A program made the translations under genes and the position numbers. A stretch of 64,000 bases of DNA. It comes from an uncultured Planctomycetaceae bacterium (GTDB lineage: Bacteria > Planctomycetota > Planctomycetia > Isosphaerales > Isosphaeraceae). Positions 1 to 11,047 of this stretch are shown here, piece after piece; the stretch's first letter is position 1, and each line of letters opens with the position of its first letter. A model generated the notes under the pieces. It searched no databases. It worked only from the letters and a program-made list of their open reading frames with translations, and was not told the origin of the DNA. The DNA lies in NCBI GenBank assembly GCA_963833985.1, contig CAWIAD010000002.1:3840001-3904000 (forward strand), given 5' to 3'.

Positions 1-1218
1 TTTTCTTCCCGGCGATGCTGGCCGGCGTCGCCGCGACCGGACGGGACGCGCTGGTCGCCGGCGCGGTCTCCACGCCCACGGTCGGCCTCCTGGTCCGGGA
101 CCGCAACGCGGTCGGCGGCATCCAGCTCTCGGCATCGCACAACCCTCCGCAGTACAACGGGCTGAAGTTCTTCCAGCCCAGGGGCATGGTGCTCAGCCCG
201 CAAGAGGGGAAGACCGTGCTCGCGCTGGCAGAGCAAGGAGTTCGAGTGGGCAAGCTGGGACGCGCTGGGGCAGATTCGCACGCTGGAAGACCCCGAGGAG
301 ATCCATCTCAGGCGCGTTCTCGAGATCGTCGACGTCCAGGCCATACGCCGCCGTGAGTTCGTGGTGGCCCTGGACGCTTGCCATGGCTCGGGTGGCAGGC
401 TGGCTTGCCGGCTGCTGCGTGCGCTGGGGTGCAGGCCCATCGTGCTGGGAGGCGAGCCTGACGGGCATTACGACCATCTCCCCGAACCAACCGCGAAGAA
501 CCTGCGTGCGTTCTCGGCCCTGGTTGCCGCCATGGGCGCCGTGGCCGGTTTCGCACAGGATCCGGATGCCGACCGGCTCGCCATCGTCGACGAGACGGGT
601 CGATACATCGGCGAGGAGCTCACGCTTGGCCTCTCGGCCCTGCGCCGACTGCACCAGGTTCAAGGTCCGGTCGTGCTCAATCTCTCCACATCGAAGGTCA
701 CGGAAGTGCTGGCCCGCGACCTGGGCTGCCCGGTCGTGCGTACACCGGTTGGCGAGATCAACGTGGTGGAGGCCATGCTCGGCGAGGAAGCCGTTCTGGG
801 AGGCGAGGGGAACGGTGGAGTCATCGATCCCCGCGTGGGATTTGTGCGCGATAGTTTCGTGGCCATGGCACTGGTGCTCGATTTGCTGGCCAGTTCAGAG
901 CAGCCGCTCTCGCAATGGGTCGACGGTTTGCCCCGGTTCGCCATGGTCAAGGACCAGTATCCGCTGTCATCGCAAAATGCTGGACCCGAGAAGACGTCAG
1001 CGCTCTGGGATCGGATCGCGCGGGCCTACCCGGAAGCCAGGTCGGACCGGCGTGATGGCCTGCATCTGGACTGGGACAGTCATTGGGTGCATGTGCGTGC
1101 GAGTAACACCGAACCAATCGTGCGGGTCATCGCCGAGGCGCCCGAGGCTGCGACCGCACGCCATCTGGCCGATGAGGTGGGTCAGTGGGTGAGCGGCGGC
1201 GGGACGACAGAGCGATGA
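1..1218 (+). CDS. Phosphohexomutase (phosphoglucosamine mutase/phosphomannomutase family), 5'-partial, frameshift near 235
   Basis: SASHNP phosphoserine motif (ORF 15..356). DPDADR metal loop and GGEGNGG sugar-binding loop (ORF 361..1218). Confidence 0.9.
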
Positions 1219-1950
1219 GCGAGATCGAATGGCCGAGCTTTGACAAGCCCCCCTCGGTCGCCTTTGTGGATGTGGACGGCACACTGCTTGCCGAAACCAC
1301 CACCTTTCTGTTCGCGCATCCTCCTGCGCCGCGGTCTGATCCGTCGTTCGTTCCTGCTGCGAGCCCTGTACCACGGTCTACAGCATAAGCTAGGGCGCCT
1401 CGACTATGGGCGTCTGATCGCCTATGGATTGAAGAACATTTCACGCATTCCCGTGGTCGAGCTCGAGCGCATCGCATACGAGAACTTCACCGAGTACGTG
1501 CAGCCACGCCTCTATGATGGAGTGGTCGAGCATTTCAACGGGCTCCGGCGGCAAGGAACACCCATTGTGCTCGTCTCTTCATCGCCAGGACTCGTCATCG
1601 AACCGTTGAGTCTGTACCTGGGATGCTCGGCCACACTGACCACGCCTACCGTGATCGAACGGAACCGAATTGTTCGAATGGGTACCGGGCCGCCTTGCTA
1701 CGGTGAAGGAAAGCTTTATTACGCTCTCAACTGGGCTGCGGAGCACGGGCTATCCATGGCCGAGGCCGTGGGTTACGCCGATAACTGGAGTGACCGCGCC
1801 TTGCTCGAGCAGGTGGGACGCGCCGTGGTTGTCCACCCGAAAGGGAAGTTACTGCGCCTTGCCCGCAAGCGTGGATGGATGATTGTGCGGCCACGGCAAC
1901 CGGCTCGCCCACCGGGCCGGCATCGAGGGACCTCGAAGCGGCGAGTTTGA
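1215..1950 (+). CDS. HAD-IB family hydrolase, frameshift near 1317
   Basis: AFVDVDGTL motif I in one frame. VLVSSS, GEGK and YADNWSD motifs in ORF 1240..1950. ATGA overlap with the upstream stop. Confidence 0.85.
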
Positions 1951-2025
1951 GGCTTTTCCTCAAGGTTTTTCAAGACAACCCCGCGCAAGCAGCCTGAGCG
2001 CTGTTGATTTTTGGCGAGGATTCGT

Positions 2026-2039
2026 TAGACAATTGTCTA
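2026..2039. promoter_or_regulatory. Perfect 14-bp palindrome TAGACAATTGTCTA, candidate operator upstream of the ECF sigma gene
   Basis: Perfect palindrome read directly in an AT-rich intergenic stretch. Confidence 0.55.
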
Positions 2040-2097
2040 TACAGCAATGAGGGACCTTGGTGTAATTTCGACGCTCCAAACCAGCCCACCGATCACA

Positions 2098-2829
2098 ATG
2101 AAGGATGAGACTCCGATTCTGACGGAAAAGGAATTCGACCAGCGGGACGACAACCGTACCGCACCCGAGGCGACCGTGGCTCAACCCGCGGCACTCCCCG
2201 TTTCTCGGGCCCGTCGGGCTGGACCTGCGGCGATGGCCCTGGTTATCGGCCTGGCCGCGCTCACCGCGCAAGCCTCCGAATCCGATCTGGTCCGCGACAT
2301 CCAGCGGTACTGTACCGTCTGCTGGCGCAATGCGCGGCTGGACCCGATGCTATGGGATGATTGCACGCAGGAAGTCTGCTGCCGCCTGCTTTCGAAGGCG
2401 CGGGCCGGTGAGCTCGAGCTGGCCCAGGTTCTGGCGGATGACACTCCCGAGCGCCGTGAACTGGTTCGGGCCATCGATATGGTTCGCAAGCGTGTCCAGC
2501 GGGCCAGGAGACACCAGGCCATTGACCCGGCCTGCGTGACAAGCGTCGACCACGACGCCCGCCACCGCGAGCGCCTGGAGCTCGGTGAAATCCTCGAGGC
2601 GGCCCGCAGCGCCGTGCTGTCGCCGCGCCAGGACCGTATCGTCGAACTCTGGATGCGCGGTTGGGCCGTGCCTGAAATCGGGGCCGAGCTGGGCATGCCG
2701 GTGAACCGCGTCAGCGATGAGAAGTACAAGGCCCTCAGAAAGCTTGAGCACCACCTTCGGAATTCCGGCGAGGAGCTGGGCCTGAACCCCGCGGCCGCAC
2801 CCGCTGCGCCAGCCGCCGAGACGGCCTGA
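2098..2829 (+). CDS. ECF-type sigma-70 factor with hydrophobic N-terminal extension (start uncertain)
   Basis: Region 2-like DDCTQEV...RAIDMVRKR. Region 4 LSPRQDRIVELWMRGWAVPEIGAELGMPVNRVSDEKYKALRKL. Confidence 0.8.
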   Translation: MKDETPILTEKEFDQRDDNRTAPEATVAQPAALPVSRARRAGPAAMALVIGLAALTAQASESDLVRDIQRYCTVCWRNARLDPMLWDDCTQEVCCRLLSKARAGELELAQVLADDTPERRELVRAIDMVRKRVQRARRHQAIDPACVTSVDHDARHRERLELGEILEAARSAVLSPRQDRIVELWMRGWAVPEIGAELGMPVNRVSDEKYKALRKLEHHLRNSGEELGLNPAAAPAAPAAETA

Positions 2830-2921
2830 TGGGCCACTACGGATCTCCCGCGCGTTCCGACGGGCGGAGCGGTTCACCCGCCCCGAACCGGCATGGAACG
2901 GGATCGGCATGTCCGCTCAGC

Positions 2922-3386
2922 TCAACCCTTGGACTGAAGGGCTGATAGGATCGCGCTGGAGTGGCCCTCCACCTTGACCTTGGGAAACACCTGGCGGACC
3001 ACTCCCTCGGCATCGATGAGGAACGTCGTGCGCTCGACTCCCATGTACTTCTTGCCGTACATGCTTTTCTCTTTCCAGACGCCGAACGCCTCGCAGACCT
3101 TCTTCTCGGTGTCGGCAAGCAGAGTGAAGGGGAGCTCGTACTTGCAGGCGAACCGGTCATGCGAACCGATGTCGTCGGGACTGACGCCAATCACCTTGAC
3201 ACCGGCTTTCTCGTAGTCGGCGAAGGCGTCGCGAAAGGCACAGGCCTCCTTCGTGCAGCCCGAGGTGTCATCCTTGGGGTAGAAGTACAGGACGATCGGC
3301 GAGCCCTTCAGCCCGGAGAGAGTGACCTTGTTCCCCTTCTGGTCGGGCAAGGTGAAATCAGGGGCGGGTTTGCCAGTTTCCACCAT
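2922..3386 (-). CDS. bcp: Thioredoxin-dependent peroxiredoxin Bcp/PrxQ
   Basis: YFYPKDDTSGCTKEAC and ERTTFLID motifs. Confidence 0.95.
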   Translation of the reverse strand: MVETGKPAPDFTLPDQKGNKVTLSGLKGSPIVLYFYPKDDTSGCTKEACAFRDAFADYEKAGVKVIGVSPDDIGSHDRFACKYELPFTLLADTEKKVCEAFGVWKEKSMYGKKYMGVERTTFLIDAEGVVRQVFPKVKVEGHSSAILSALQSKG

Positions 3387-3627
3387 GAGCACAGCTCCTT
3401 GATCGACTTTGGTTACGAGCGAGATTCCACAGTCTGGTCGGGTCTCACGCGGCCCGGCCCTGACGGACATCCGGGCGCGTTGCGTCCCGCAGCCGGCAAG
3501 ATGACCTTGTTCTAGACGGAACGGCCATCTCCGGAAAGATCAGGACTGGGAACATCCCCCGAACCGCGCCGGCCAGCAGGCGGCCGCGGCAGTCATCAGC
3601 CCGGAGCCCTGAACAGCAAGGTACAAC

Positions 3628-4050
3628 ATGGGACGCTTCACCACCTTTGATCACACCGCCGACCTCGGCCTGCGCATCGAGGCCCTCGAGCTGGACGACC
3701 TCTTCCGGACTGCGGCCGAGGGGCTTTTCAGCGTCATCGTGACCCATCCCGATCACATTCAGCCCGTGCATGTTGAGGAATTCCAGCTCCGCGCGGAGTC
3801 GGTGCAGGAGTTGCTGGCGGACTGGCTGAACGAGCTCATCTTTCGCTGCGAAACCATGCACCTCGTGTTCAGCCAGTTCGAACTCCACGTCGATCATGCC
3901 GGAGCTTCGTTGCAGGGCTGGGCCCGCGGCGAGGCACTCGACCCGGAACGCCACGGACTGGACCACGAAGTCAAGGCGGCCACGCACCACGGTCTCTGCC
4001 TGGTTCATGAGGAAGGCGGCTGGATTGCAGAGGTGATACTCGACATCTAA
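3628..4050 (+). CDS. Archease
   Basis: FDHTADLG N-terminus, EVKAATHH, and C-terminal EVILDI. Confidence 0.92.
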   Translation: MGRFTTFDHTADLGLRIEALELDDLFRTAAEGLFSVIVTHPDHIQPVHVEEFQLRAESVQELLADWLNELIFRCETMHLVFSQFELHVDHAGASLQGWARGEALDPERHGLDHEVKAATHHGLCLVHEEGGWIAEVILDI

Positions 4051-4073
4051 ATAGCTCTCCGTAAAAGGGAAAG

Positions 4074-4126
4074 TATGGACGGCGGCCCTCGGCTGTCCCG
4101 AGCCAGCCGAGGGCGGCTGGCCCACA
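4074..4126. repeat. REP-like hairpin
   Basis: GCCCTCGGCTG (4085-4095) pairs with CAGCCGAGGGC (4104-4114). Lies between convergent genes. Confidence 0.6.
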
Positions 4127-4147
4127 TTCCAGGAGGCGAGGCTCTAT

Positions 4148-4295
4148 CTAGAGCGGTTTTCACTCGGATCGCAGACTGAGACCGGGGGGCAGGCATTCCT
4201 GCCTGCCGGAGCAGGACTGTCGTGGCAAAGAGGAATGTCTGCCCCCCTTTCCGAAACTCAGAAACTGCCTGCAACGCGTCAGAAAACCGCTCTAG
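4148..4295. mobile_element. MITE-like element with 14-bp terminal inverted repeats, containing a nested REP-like palindrome
   Basis: CTAGAGCGGTTTTC (4148-4161) and GAAAACCGCTCTAG (4282-4295) are perfect inverted repeats. Internal GGGGGGCAGGCATTCCT (4184-4200) pairs with AGGAATGTCTGCCCCCC (4231-4247). Confidence 0.7.
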
Positions 4296-5314
4296 GCGGT
4301 GAAGCGCCGCGCGGCCCCACCCTCTTCGAGTCGCTGCACCGGCAGCTCGTGCCTGCGGAGGAACTCCTCCGCCTCGGCGCGATTGAAGACGCCGGCAGTG
4401 GTACCCACGGCACGCACGCAGCTTGCCCCCACGGCACTGGCGAGCTTCAGACAATCCAGCTCCGATCGTCCTTCCAGCAATCCCACGATGTAACCCGCAT
4501 TGAACGCATCGCCGCCGCCCGATCCATCGACGAGATCCACCGGATAGGCCGGCATCGCCAGGGTCTGTTCGTCCGAGATCGATACAAGCCCACGTTCGCC
4601 CCGCGTGATGACCACCCTGCGCGCGCCCATCTCGTGAAATGTGCGCGCCTGCTCCATCGGGTCGTCCACGCCCAGGATGAGGGCGGCCTCGTCGCTGTTG
4701 GGCACGAAGATGTCGGTCTGGGGCAGGATGACGCGGAGGGGTTCGAGATAATCACCGGGCCCAGGTGTGGCCACGTCCAGTAGCGTGATCGTTCCCTGCT
4801 GCCTGGCACGTGCGAAACGCTCGGCCAGTCCCGTGGCTTCGAGTTCGGGGAGAATCAGAAAATAGCCGATATGCAGCACACGGGGCGGAGGATCAAGCAC
4901 CGGATCGATGTCCTCAGGAGTGAATGCAAGATTCGCTCCCACGGAATGGATGAACCGTCGATCCTCACCACGCACGTTGACGATCAACGTCTGGCTGGTG
5001 GCCCGCCGAGGATCAACGCGCACCGCGGCCACGTCAATCCCGTGAGAGACCAGGGTCTCGGTGGCGAACCGGCCCAGGATGTCGTCTCCCACGCGCGCAC
5101 AGACAGAGACGGCAATCCCCAGCCGGGCCAGGTCCACGGCCGTGTTGGCGGCGCCGCCGCCGATGTTCAGGACGAGCTGGTCCACGGGCAGAAGTTCTCC
5201 CGCACGCGGCAGCCGGGGTATCGGGGGTGTGAGGTGATCGACGACCACCATGCCCGCGCAGACGACCGCGGCCTTGGGCGTGACGGCGCCAGCGGCGATC
5301 TGGGTTTTGAACAT
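4292..5314 (-). CDS. PfkB family carbohydrate kinase
   Basis: GGGAANTAVDLARLG, PNSDEA and VDGSGGGDAFNAG signatures. Confidence 0.92.
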   Translation of the reverse strand: MFKTQIAAGAVTPKAAVVCAGMVVVDHLTPPIPRLPRAGELLPVDQLVLNIGGGAANTAVDLARLGIAVSVCARVGDDILGRFATETLVSHGIDVAAVRVDPRRATSQTLIVNVRGEDRRFIHSVGANLAFTPEDIDPVLDPPPRVLHIGYFLILPELEATGLAERFARARQQGTITLLDVATPGPGDYLEPLRVILPQTDIFVPNSDEAALILGVDDPMEQARTFHEMGARRVVITRGERGLVSISDEQTLAMPAYPVDLVDGSGGGDAFNAGYIVGLLEGRSELDCLKLASAVGASCVRAVGTTAGVFNRAEAEEFLRRHELPVQRLEEGGAARRFTA

Positions 5315-5391
5315 GGGCACGACCGGTTGCACAGAAAAGGACGTTCAAGGCAACCCAAACGCACGCAGGGCGACAGGTCCGGAAAAGCCGG

Positions 5392-7389
5392 TCACGACGG
5401 CTTGTCGACCGAGGCGATGAGGGGGTCTTCGTGTGCCCGGGAAACGGGATCCTGGCCGTTGCGGCTCTCGCGCTTGCCGATCAGGGCGGCGATCTCCGGC
5501 TCGGTCAACACCTCACGCTCGATGAGCGATTCGGTGAGCCGTTCCATTTCATCACGGTGCTCGTCGAGCAGCCGGTACGCGTGTTCGTCAGCCTCGCGCA
5601 GGATGCGGGCGACTTCTTCGTCGATGATCTGCTGCATGTATTCGGAGTGATCGCGGGGTTCGGACATCTCGCGGCCGAGGAACGGGTGCTCGGACATGGA
5701 CTTGAACGAGACCGGCCCGACGCGCTCGCTCATTCCCCACTGTGCCACCATCTTCCGGACCAGCCGGGTGGCTTGCTCCAGGTCCTGGGCGGCCCCGGTG
5801 CTGAGGTCGTCATAGATCAGGCGCTCGGCCGCACGCCCTCCCATGAGCGTGTAGAGCTTGGCCTTGATCTGGCTCTCATTGTGGCTGACCCGGTCTTCCT
5901 CGGGCATGAACTGGGTCACGCCCAGCGCACGGCCACGGGGAATGATGGTCACCTTGTGCACGGGATCGGACTGGGGCGTGAGCCAGCCGACCAGCGCATG
6001 GCCGACTTCGTGGTAGGCCGTGGCCCGCTTGTCCTTCTCGGTGATGACTTCCTCGCGCTTGGCCCCCAGGATCACCTTGTCCAGTGCCGCGTCAAGATCG
6101 GCGGCATCCACGGCTTGCTTGTCCTCCCGGGTGGCCAGGAGCGCGGCCTCGTTGACCAGGTTCGCCAGGTCCGCTCCGCTCATGCCCACAGTGCTCCGCG
6201 CGATCTTGTCCAGGTCCACGTCCGAGGCCAGCGGGACGTTCCGCGTATGAACCTTGAGGATCTCCAGCCGGCCCTTCTTGGTCGGCAGGTCCACCGTGAC
6301 ATGACGATCAAACCGCCCTGGCCGCAGCAGCGCGGGATCGAGCACGTCGGGCCGGTTGGTCGCGGCCAGAACGATCACACTCTCGCTCGGCGAGAAGCCG
6401 TCCATCTCCGTGAGAATCTGGTTCAGCGTCTGCTCACGCTCGTCGTGGCCTCCGCCCAGCCCCGCCCCTCGGATCCGGCCGACGGCATCAATCTCGTCAA
6501 TGAACAGGATGCAGGGGCTGTTTTCCTTGGCGGTCTTGAACATGTCGCGGACGCGGCTGGCACCCACGCCCACGAACATCTGGATGAATTCCGACCCCGA
6601 AATGGAATAGAAGGGAACGCCGGCCTCTCCGGCAACGGCCCGTCCCAGCAGCGTCTTGCCTGTTCCCGGGGGTCCAACCAGGAGCACTCCCTTGGGGATG
6701 CGGCCTCCCAGCCTCTGAAACTTCTCGGGATTCTTCAGGAACTCGACAATCTCGTGCAGCTCACCCTTGGCGTTCTCGAGCCCCGCCACCTCCTCGAACG
6801 TCGTCCGCTGCTTCGATTTGTCGTGCCGCTTCGCCGGGCTCTTCACGAAGCTGCCGAGAATCCCGCCGTCGAACTGATCGCGCGCACGCCTCATCATGAG
6901 GTAGATGAAGCCGAGGAAGAGGATGGTCGGCAGGAGCAGCATCAACCACACCAGCCCGTTGGCCGAGTTCGCAGGGTTGGTCTCGATGCGCACCGGATCG
7001 TTCGACTTGCTGGAATTCTCGCGGAGCCGCTTCAGAACCGGGTCGATCGATGCATCGGATGGGAAATATGTGATGAACTTGTGCACATTCACGCTGTTCG
7101 GCGATGTGCTGCTCTGGTAAGGCCTGTCCTGCCGCAATTCCCCGCGGACCTCGTTCGCCTGCAACGATAGCTTCTTGATGTTGTCGGCCTCGACCTGGTC
7201 AAGAAACCATGGATTGTAATCGACGGCCGTCTCGGGTTTGGGCATGAACAGGTAGAAGATGATCGCGAACCCGCCGATCAGGAGCAGCCAGAGCCAGGGG
7301 GGTGTGGGCGATCCGCCCGAACCGTTGGGCTTGCGTGCTCCCGGGGTGGGCCGGCGCGGCAGATCCGATTGCGGCGGTCGATTCTCCAT
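5392..7389 (-). CDS. ftsH: ATP-dependent zinc metalloprotease FtsH
   Basis: Two TM segments, [17 protein letters not shown], second region of homology, HEVGH zinc motif. Confidence 0.98.
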   Translation of the reverse strand: MENRPPQSDLPRRPTPGARKPNGSGGSPTPPWLWLLLIGGFAIIFYLFMPKPETAVDYNPWFLDQVEADNIKKLSLQANEVRGELRQDRPYQSSTSPNSVNVHKFITYFPSDASIDPVLKRLRENSSKSNDPVRIETNPANSANGLVWLMLLLPTILFLGFIYLMMRRARDQFDGGILGSFVKSPAKRHDKSKQRTTFEEVAGLENAKGELHEIVEFLKNPEKFQRLGGRIPKGVLLVGPPGTGKTLLGRAVAGEAGVPFYSISGSEFIQMFVGVGASRVRDMFKTAKENSPCILFIDEIDAVGRIRGAGLGGGHDEREQTLNQILTEMDGFSPSESVIVLAATNRPDVLDPALLRPGRFDRHVTVDLPTKKGRLEILKVHTRNVPLASDVDLDKIARSTVGMSGADLANLVNEAALLATREDKQAVDAADLDAALDKVILGAKREEVITEKDKRATAYHEVGHALVGWLTPQSDPVHKVTIIPRGRALGVTQFMPEEDRVSHNESQIKAKLYTLMGGRAAERLIYDDLSTGAAQDLEQATRLVRKMVAQWGMSERVGPVSFKSMSEHPFLGREMSEPRDHSEYMQQIIDEEVARILREADEHAYRLLDEHRDEMERLTESLIEREVLTEPEIAALIGKRESRNGQDPVSRAHEDPLIASVDKPS

Positions 7390-7622
7390 ACGTTCTTACT
7401 CAATTCCCGACGGCAGTTGGGTTTGTCTCGGTCTCTTCGGAAACGCCGGCGCGGCTTGACCGCTCGTCGCACGACGTCAACCGCACTAGAATTGTAGCGA
7501 AGATTCGCCAAAAGTTCAGGGGGGTAAAACATGAACCGGGCATGGCCGCGGAGCACTGCCAGAATGTGTGCATGTAGGGCCGCCACTCAGAATGCGCAGT
7601 CAGGCGCTGCGAGGGCGCGCGC

Positions 7623-9170
7623 GTGAAACCCGGACCACTCGCCCTGAGATCCCTTCTCGAGGGCTGCGGAATCTCGATCACCGCGTCCCAGCTTGACCAG
7701 CTCTGGGCCTACCACCGGCTGCTCCGCGCGGCGAACGCGCGGCTTAACCTCACGCGCATCCACAACTTCGAGAACATGGTCCTGAAGCACTATGTCGACA
7801 GCCTGCTGGTGCTCAGGTTCATCGAGCTCCCCTCGCCTCTGGTCGATCTGGGTTCCGGCCCGGGGCTTCCCGGCATTCCCCTGGCGATCGCACGGCCCCA
7901 GACCAGCATCATCCTGGCCGAACCGCGAGGCGTGCGTGCCGACTTCTTGCGTGAAGTGTGTGCTGAGTTGGCCCTCGGGCACGTCGAAGTCCACGCGCAC
8001 AAGGTGGCGGCGGACTTTCCCCGCAAGGTGCAGGGAGTGATCAGCCGCGCCGTGGGGTCGATCGTCCAGACGCTTGAACGCGTGGCCGCGTGCCTCGAGA
8101 CCGGCGGGCGGATGATCTTCATGAAGGGACCCGACTGCGACTCCGAGATCGCCCAGGCCGGGACTGGTACGGCGCGCCTGTTCCGACTCACCGAGGATCA
8201 TCGGTACGCGATTCCCGGCACGCCGCACCAGCGCAGACTGGTTGTGTACGAGCGGCTCGACGCTGAAGCCACGCCCGGCACAAGCGTCGCTGCCTCGGAT
8301 CCTCGCAGCCACCGGGCATTCCGGGACATCAGCAGCGAGTCCAACCCCGGTTTCCGCCTGCTGCGCGACCTGCTCAACGGACAGGGTGTCCGCAAGCACA
8401 GGCAAGCCCTGATTGCGGGCCCGCGGATCGTCGCCGAGGTTCGAGACAGGCACCCCGAGCGGGTCCTCGCGTGGATCAGCGACGATCGCCGGGAGCCGCC
8501 CGATGACGGGATCGAGTGGTATCGTCTCGGCCGGCCGTTGTTCCAGCAGCTTGACGTCTCCGGAACCAATATGCCTCTGCTGCTGGTGACCGCCCCGGCG
8601 CTGCCAAGCTGGTCCGATGACGAGCCGTGGCCGGAGGGATGTACCCTGTTCATCCCATTTCAGGACCCCGAGAACGTGGGTGCCGTGATCCGCTCGGCCG
8701 CCGCATTCGGCGTCGCGCGGCTGGTCCTGATGAAGGAGGCCGCGCACCCGTTCCATTTCCGCGCCAGCCGGGCGGCGGGCCCCGCACTCTTCCAGGTCCC
8801 GCTCCTCGAAGGGCCCTCGATCCACGAGCTGGAGGTCCGGCAGGTGCCGCTCATCGCGCTCGATCGCGAGGGCCGCGACATCAACGAGACTCCCTTCCCG
8901 GCGACGTTCGCCCTGCTGGTGGGCGTCGAGGGCCCGGGACTCCCCGCGCACCTCCGCCTGGGCGAGAAGCGGCGGATTCCCATCGCACCAGAGGTCGAAT
9001 CCCTGAACGCGGCCACCGCTGCCGCCATCGCACTCTACGCCTGGTCGCTCCCTTCGCCGACATCCCCTGGAGATCCTGCGGATCCCGCAAACCCGGCAGG
9101 AACCAACCGTCCGCCGGCCCCGGAAGGACGAAAAGGACCTGGGGCAGGGGCCACGGTGTCGAATGGATAG
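7623..9170 (+). CDS. rsmG: 16S rRNA m7G527 methyltransferase RsmG fused to a SpoU/TrmH-family RNA methyltransferase
   Basis: N-half has LNLTRI, HYVDSL, DLGSGPGLPGIPLAI and SRAV. C-half has QDPENVGAVIRSAAAFG, GVEGPG and ESLNAATAAAI. Confidence 0.9.
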   Translation: MKPGPLALRSLLEGCGISITASQLDQLWAYHRLLRAANARLNLTRIHNFENMVLKHYVDSLLVLRFIELPSPLVDLGSGPGLPGIPLAIARPQTSIILAEPRGVRADFLREVCAELALGHVEVHAHKVAADFPRKVQGVISRAVGSIVQTLERVAACLETGGRMIFMKGPDCDSEIAQAGTGTARLFRLTEDHRYAIPGTPHQRRLVVYERLDAEATPGTSVAASDPRSHRAFRDISSESNPGFRLLRDLLNGQGVRKHRQALIAGPRIVAEVRDRHPERVLAWISDDRREPPDDGIEWYRLGRPLFQQLDVSGTNMPLLLVTAPALPSWSDDEPWPEGCTLFIPFQDPENVGAVIRSAAAFGVARLVLMKEAAHPFHFRASRAAGPALFQVPLLEGPSIHELEVRQVPLIALDREGRDINETPFPATFALLVGVEGPGLPAHLRLGEKRRIPIAPEVESLNAATAAAIALYAWSLPSPTSPGDPADPANPAGTNRPPAPEGRKGPGAGATVSNG

Positions 9171-9247
9171 GAAGCAGGAGATCGGGCACGCGGGCCGAGA
9201 GCCGCCGGCCTCACCTTGCGCTGCCGTTTGAGACCAGGGAGGGTCGC

Positions 9248-10876
9248 ATGGGACGTCTGTTCCGGGTGATCGTGCGCACGCTGGCGGTCGCAGTCCCGCT
9301 CGTGCTGGCTCCCGGTGCGGCACGCGGCCAGGGAGGCATTGTCACCCTGGCCGACGACATCATCGTGATCTCGTCGGGAGAGCGGTCGAAGACGCGAGCC
9401 CGCGACGCGACCCAGCTCGGCCCGATCCATGGTGCCGGCGAGAAGCGGTTCCCGCGGGTCGCTGGCGCGGACGACCCGCGCCTGGGGAATCAGCTCCCCC
9501 AGCATCAGCCGCTCGACACGCTGCAAGCCGCCTCACGGTCCATTGTGACCGGTGCACCACGCGACCGCGGCTCGCCCATCCGCCCGCCCGCGGCACCGGC
9601 ACTGCCACGCGCCCCAGCGCCTCTCTACGGGCCGATCATGCGCGCCGCCGAGGACGAGGGGCCGCCCGATGGCTTGACCCTGGAACAGGCCCTCGTGCAG
9701 ATGGTTCGGGCCAATCCCGACCTTGCCGTCAAGTTCCAGGAGATCCCCAAGGCCGAGGCCGACATCCTGACCGCCTCGCTCTGGGGCAACCCGCTGATCT
9801 TCGCCGCGGCCGATACCCTTCCCTACGGCAGTTACTCGCCCGAGCGTCCGGGAACCAATTCGTACGGCATCACGCTCGTCCAGCCCTTCGACCTGAACGG
9901 CAAGATCCGGGCGCGCACCCGCCTTGCCCGTGCAAACCGGCAGGTCCTCTGCGCCCAGTACCAGGATGCCGTTCGCCTGGAAGCCGAGAACCTGCACGCC
10001 GCCTTCGTGGACGTGCTCGCGGCCAGAACCACCGTCCGTTATCTGGAGACAAGCGTCGCGAACTTCGAGTCCCTGCTGAAGACTAACCAGGAACTGTTCC
10101 AGCGAGGCGACCTGTTCCATTCCGACATCGACTCGGCCCTGATCCAGCGCGAGATGACTGCCAACGCCAGGGACGAGGCCGTCACTCGGCTGCGGCAAGC
10201 CAGGCGCGCTCTCGCGCTGCTGCTGGGAATCCCGGCCAGCCAGGCCGACGCGATCGAGCCGAGGGGCCGGGTGACGGATCGCCCCGCGGCCGTCCCCACC
10301 ACCGACCAACTCGTCGGGCTGGCGCTTGCCAACCGGCCGGACCTCGCCGCCGTCCGGCTCGGGGTCCGTTCGGCCCTGGCCAACGCCGAGGTCCAGCGCC
10401 GGGAGGGCTTCCCGGACGTCTTCGCCCTGTACACTCCCTATAACATCAACTCGAACAACGGAAACCCCAACACCCAGGCCGCCACGTCCTGGGCGGCAGG
10501 AGTCTTCGCCACGATTCCTCTTGCCAACCGCAACCAGGGGAACGTTCGCCGGGCGAATCGAAACGTGATGCAGACTCAGATGGAAGTCACCGCCCGCGAA
10601 CGCCAGGTCGCGGCCGAGGTCGAAATCGCCGCCATGGAGTTTGCGGGAGCACACACCGCGGTCGAGCGGTTCCAGGTGACGATTCTCCCCCGGGCCGGGC
10701 ACCGGCTGAACGACTACCACGCCCGCTACACCGAGGGCAATGTGTCACTCGACACCTACCTGAACATCCAGCGCGACTTCAACGACGTCCTGCGCCAGTA
10801 CCGCGACGCGCTGGTCCGCCGCCGCCGTGCCATGCTCGCCATCAACACGGCCGTCGGCTTGCGGCTCCTGCCCTGA
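9248..10876 (+). CDS. TolC/OEP family outer-membrane efflux protein
   Basis: Signal peptide, LTLEQAL..ANPDL and ALANRPDL OEP repeats, IPLANRNQGNV, C-terminal AINTAVG. Confidence 0.85.
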   Translation: MGRLFRVIVRTLAVAVPLVLAPGAARGQGGIVTLADDIIVISSGERSKTRARDATQLGPIHGAGEKRFPRVAGADDPRLGNQLPQHQPLDTLQAASRSIVTGAPRDRGSPIRPPAAPALPRAPAPLYGPIMRAAEDEGPPDGLTLEQALVQMVRANPDLAVKFQEIPKAEADILTASLWGNPLIFAAADTLPYGSYSPERPGTNSYGITLVQPFDLNGKIRARTRLARANRQVLCAQYQDAVRLEAENLHAAFVDVLAARTTVRYLETSVANFESLLKTNQELFQRGDLFHSDIDSALIQREMTANARDEAVTRLRQARRALALLLGIPASQADAIEPRGRVTDRPAAVPTTDQLVGLALANRPDLAAVRLGVRSALANAEVQRREGFPDVFALYTPYNINSNNGNPNTQAATSWAAGVFATIPLANRNQGNVRRANRNVMQTQMEVTARERQVAAEVEIAAMEFAGAHTAVERFQVTILPRAGHRLNDYHARYTEGNVSLDTYLNIQRDFNDVLRQYRDALVRRRRAMLAINTAVGLRLLP

Positions 10877-11047
10877 TGCAGTAGACGCTCGGAGAGTCGC
10901 AGCGTCCTTCCGCCTCGCTCAATCTCTCCTTTGGATGGCGGAGCGCCCGAAGTCGACGCCGCCCAGTTCCTCCCCGGCCGCAGATGAACGCTGGTCGGAC
11001 TGGCGCCAAGGGTTGGGAGCTGCGCCCGTGCAAACCACGCGCTGGCG

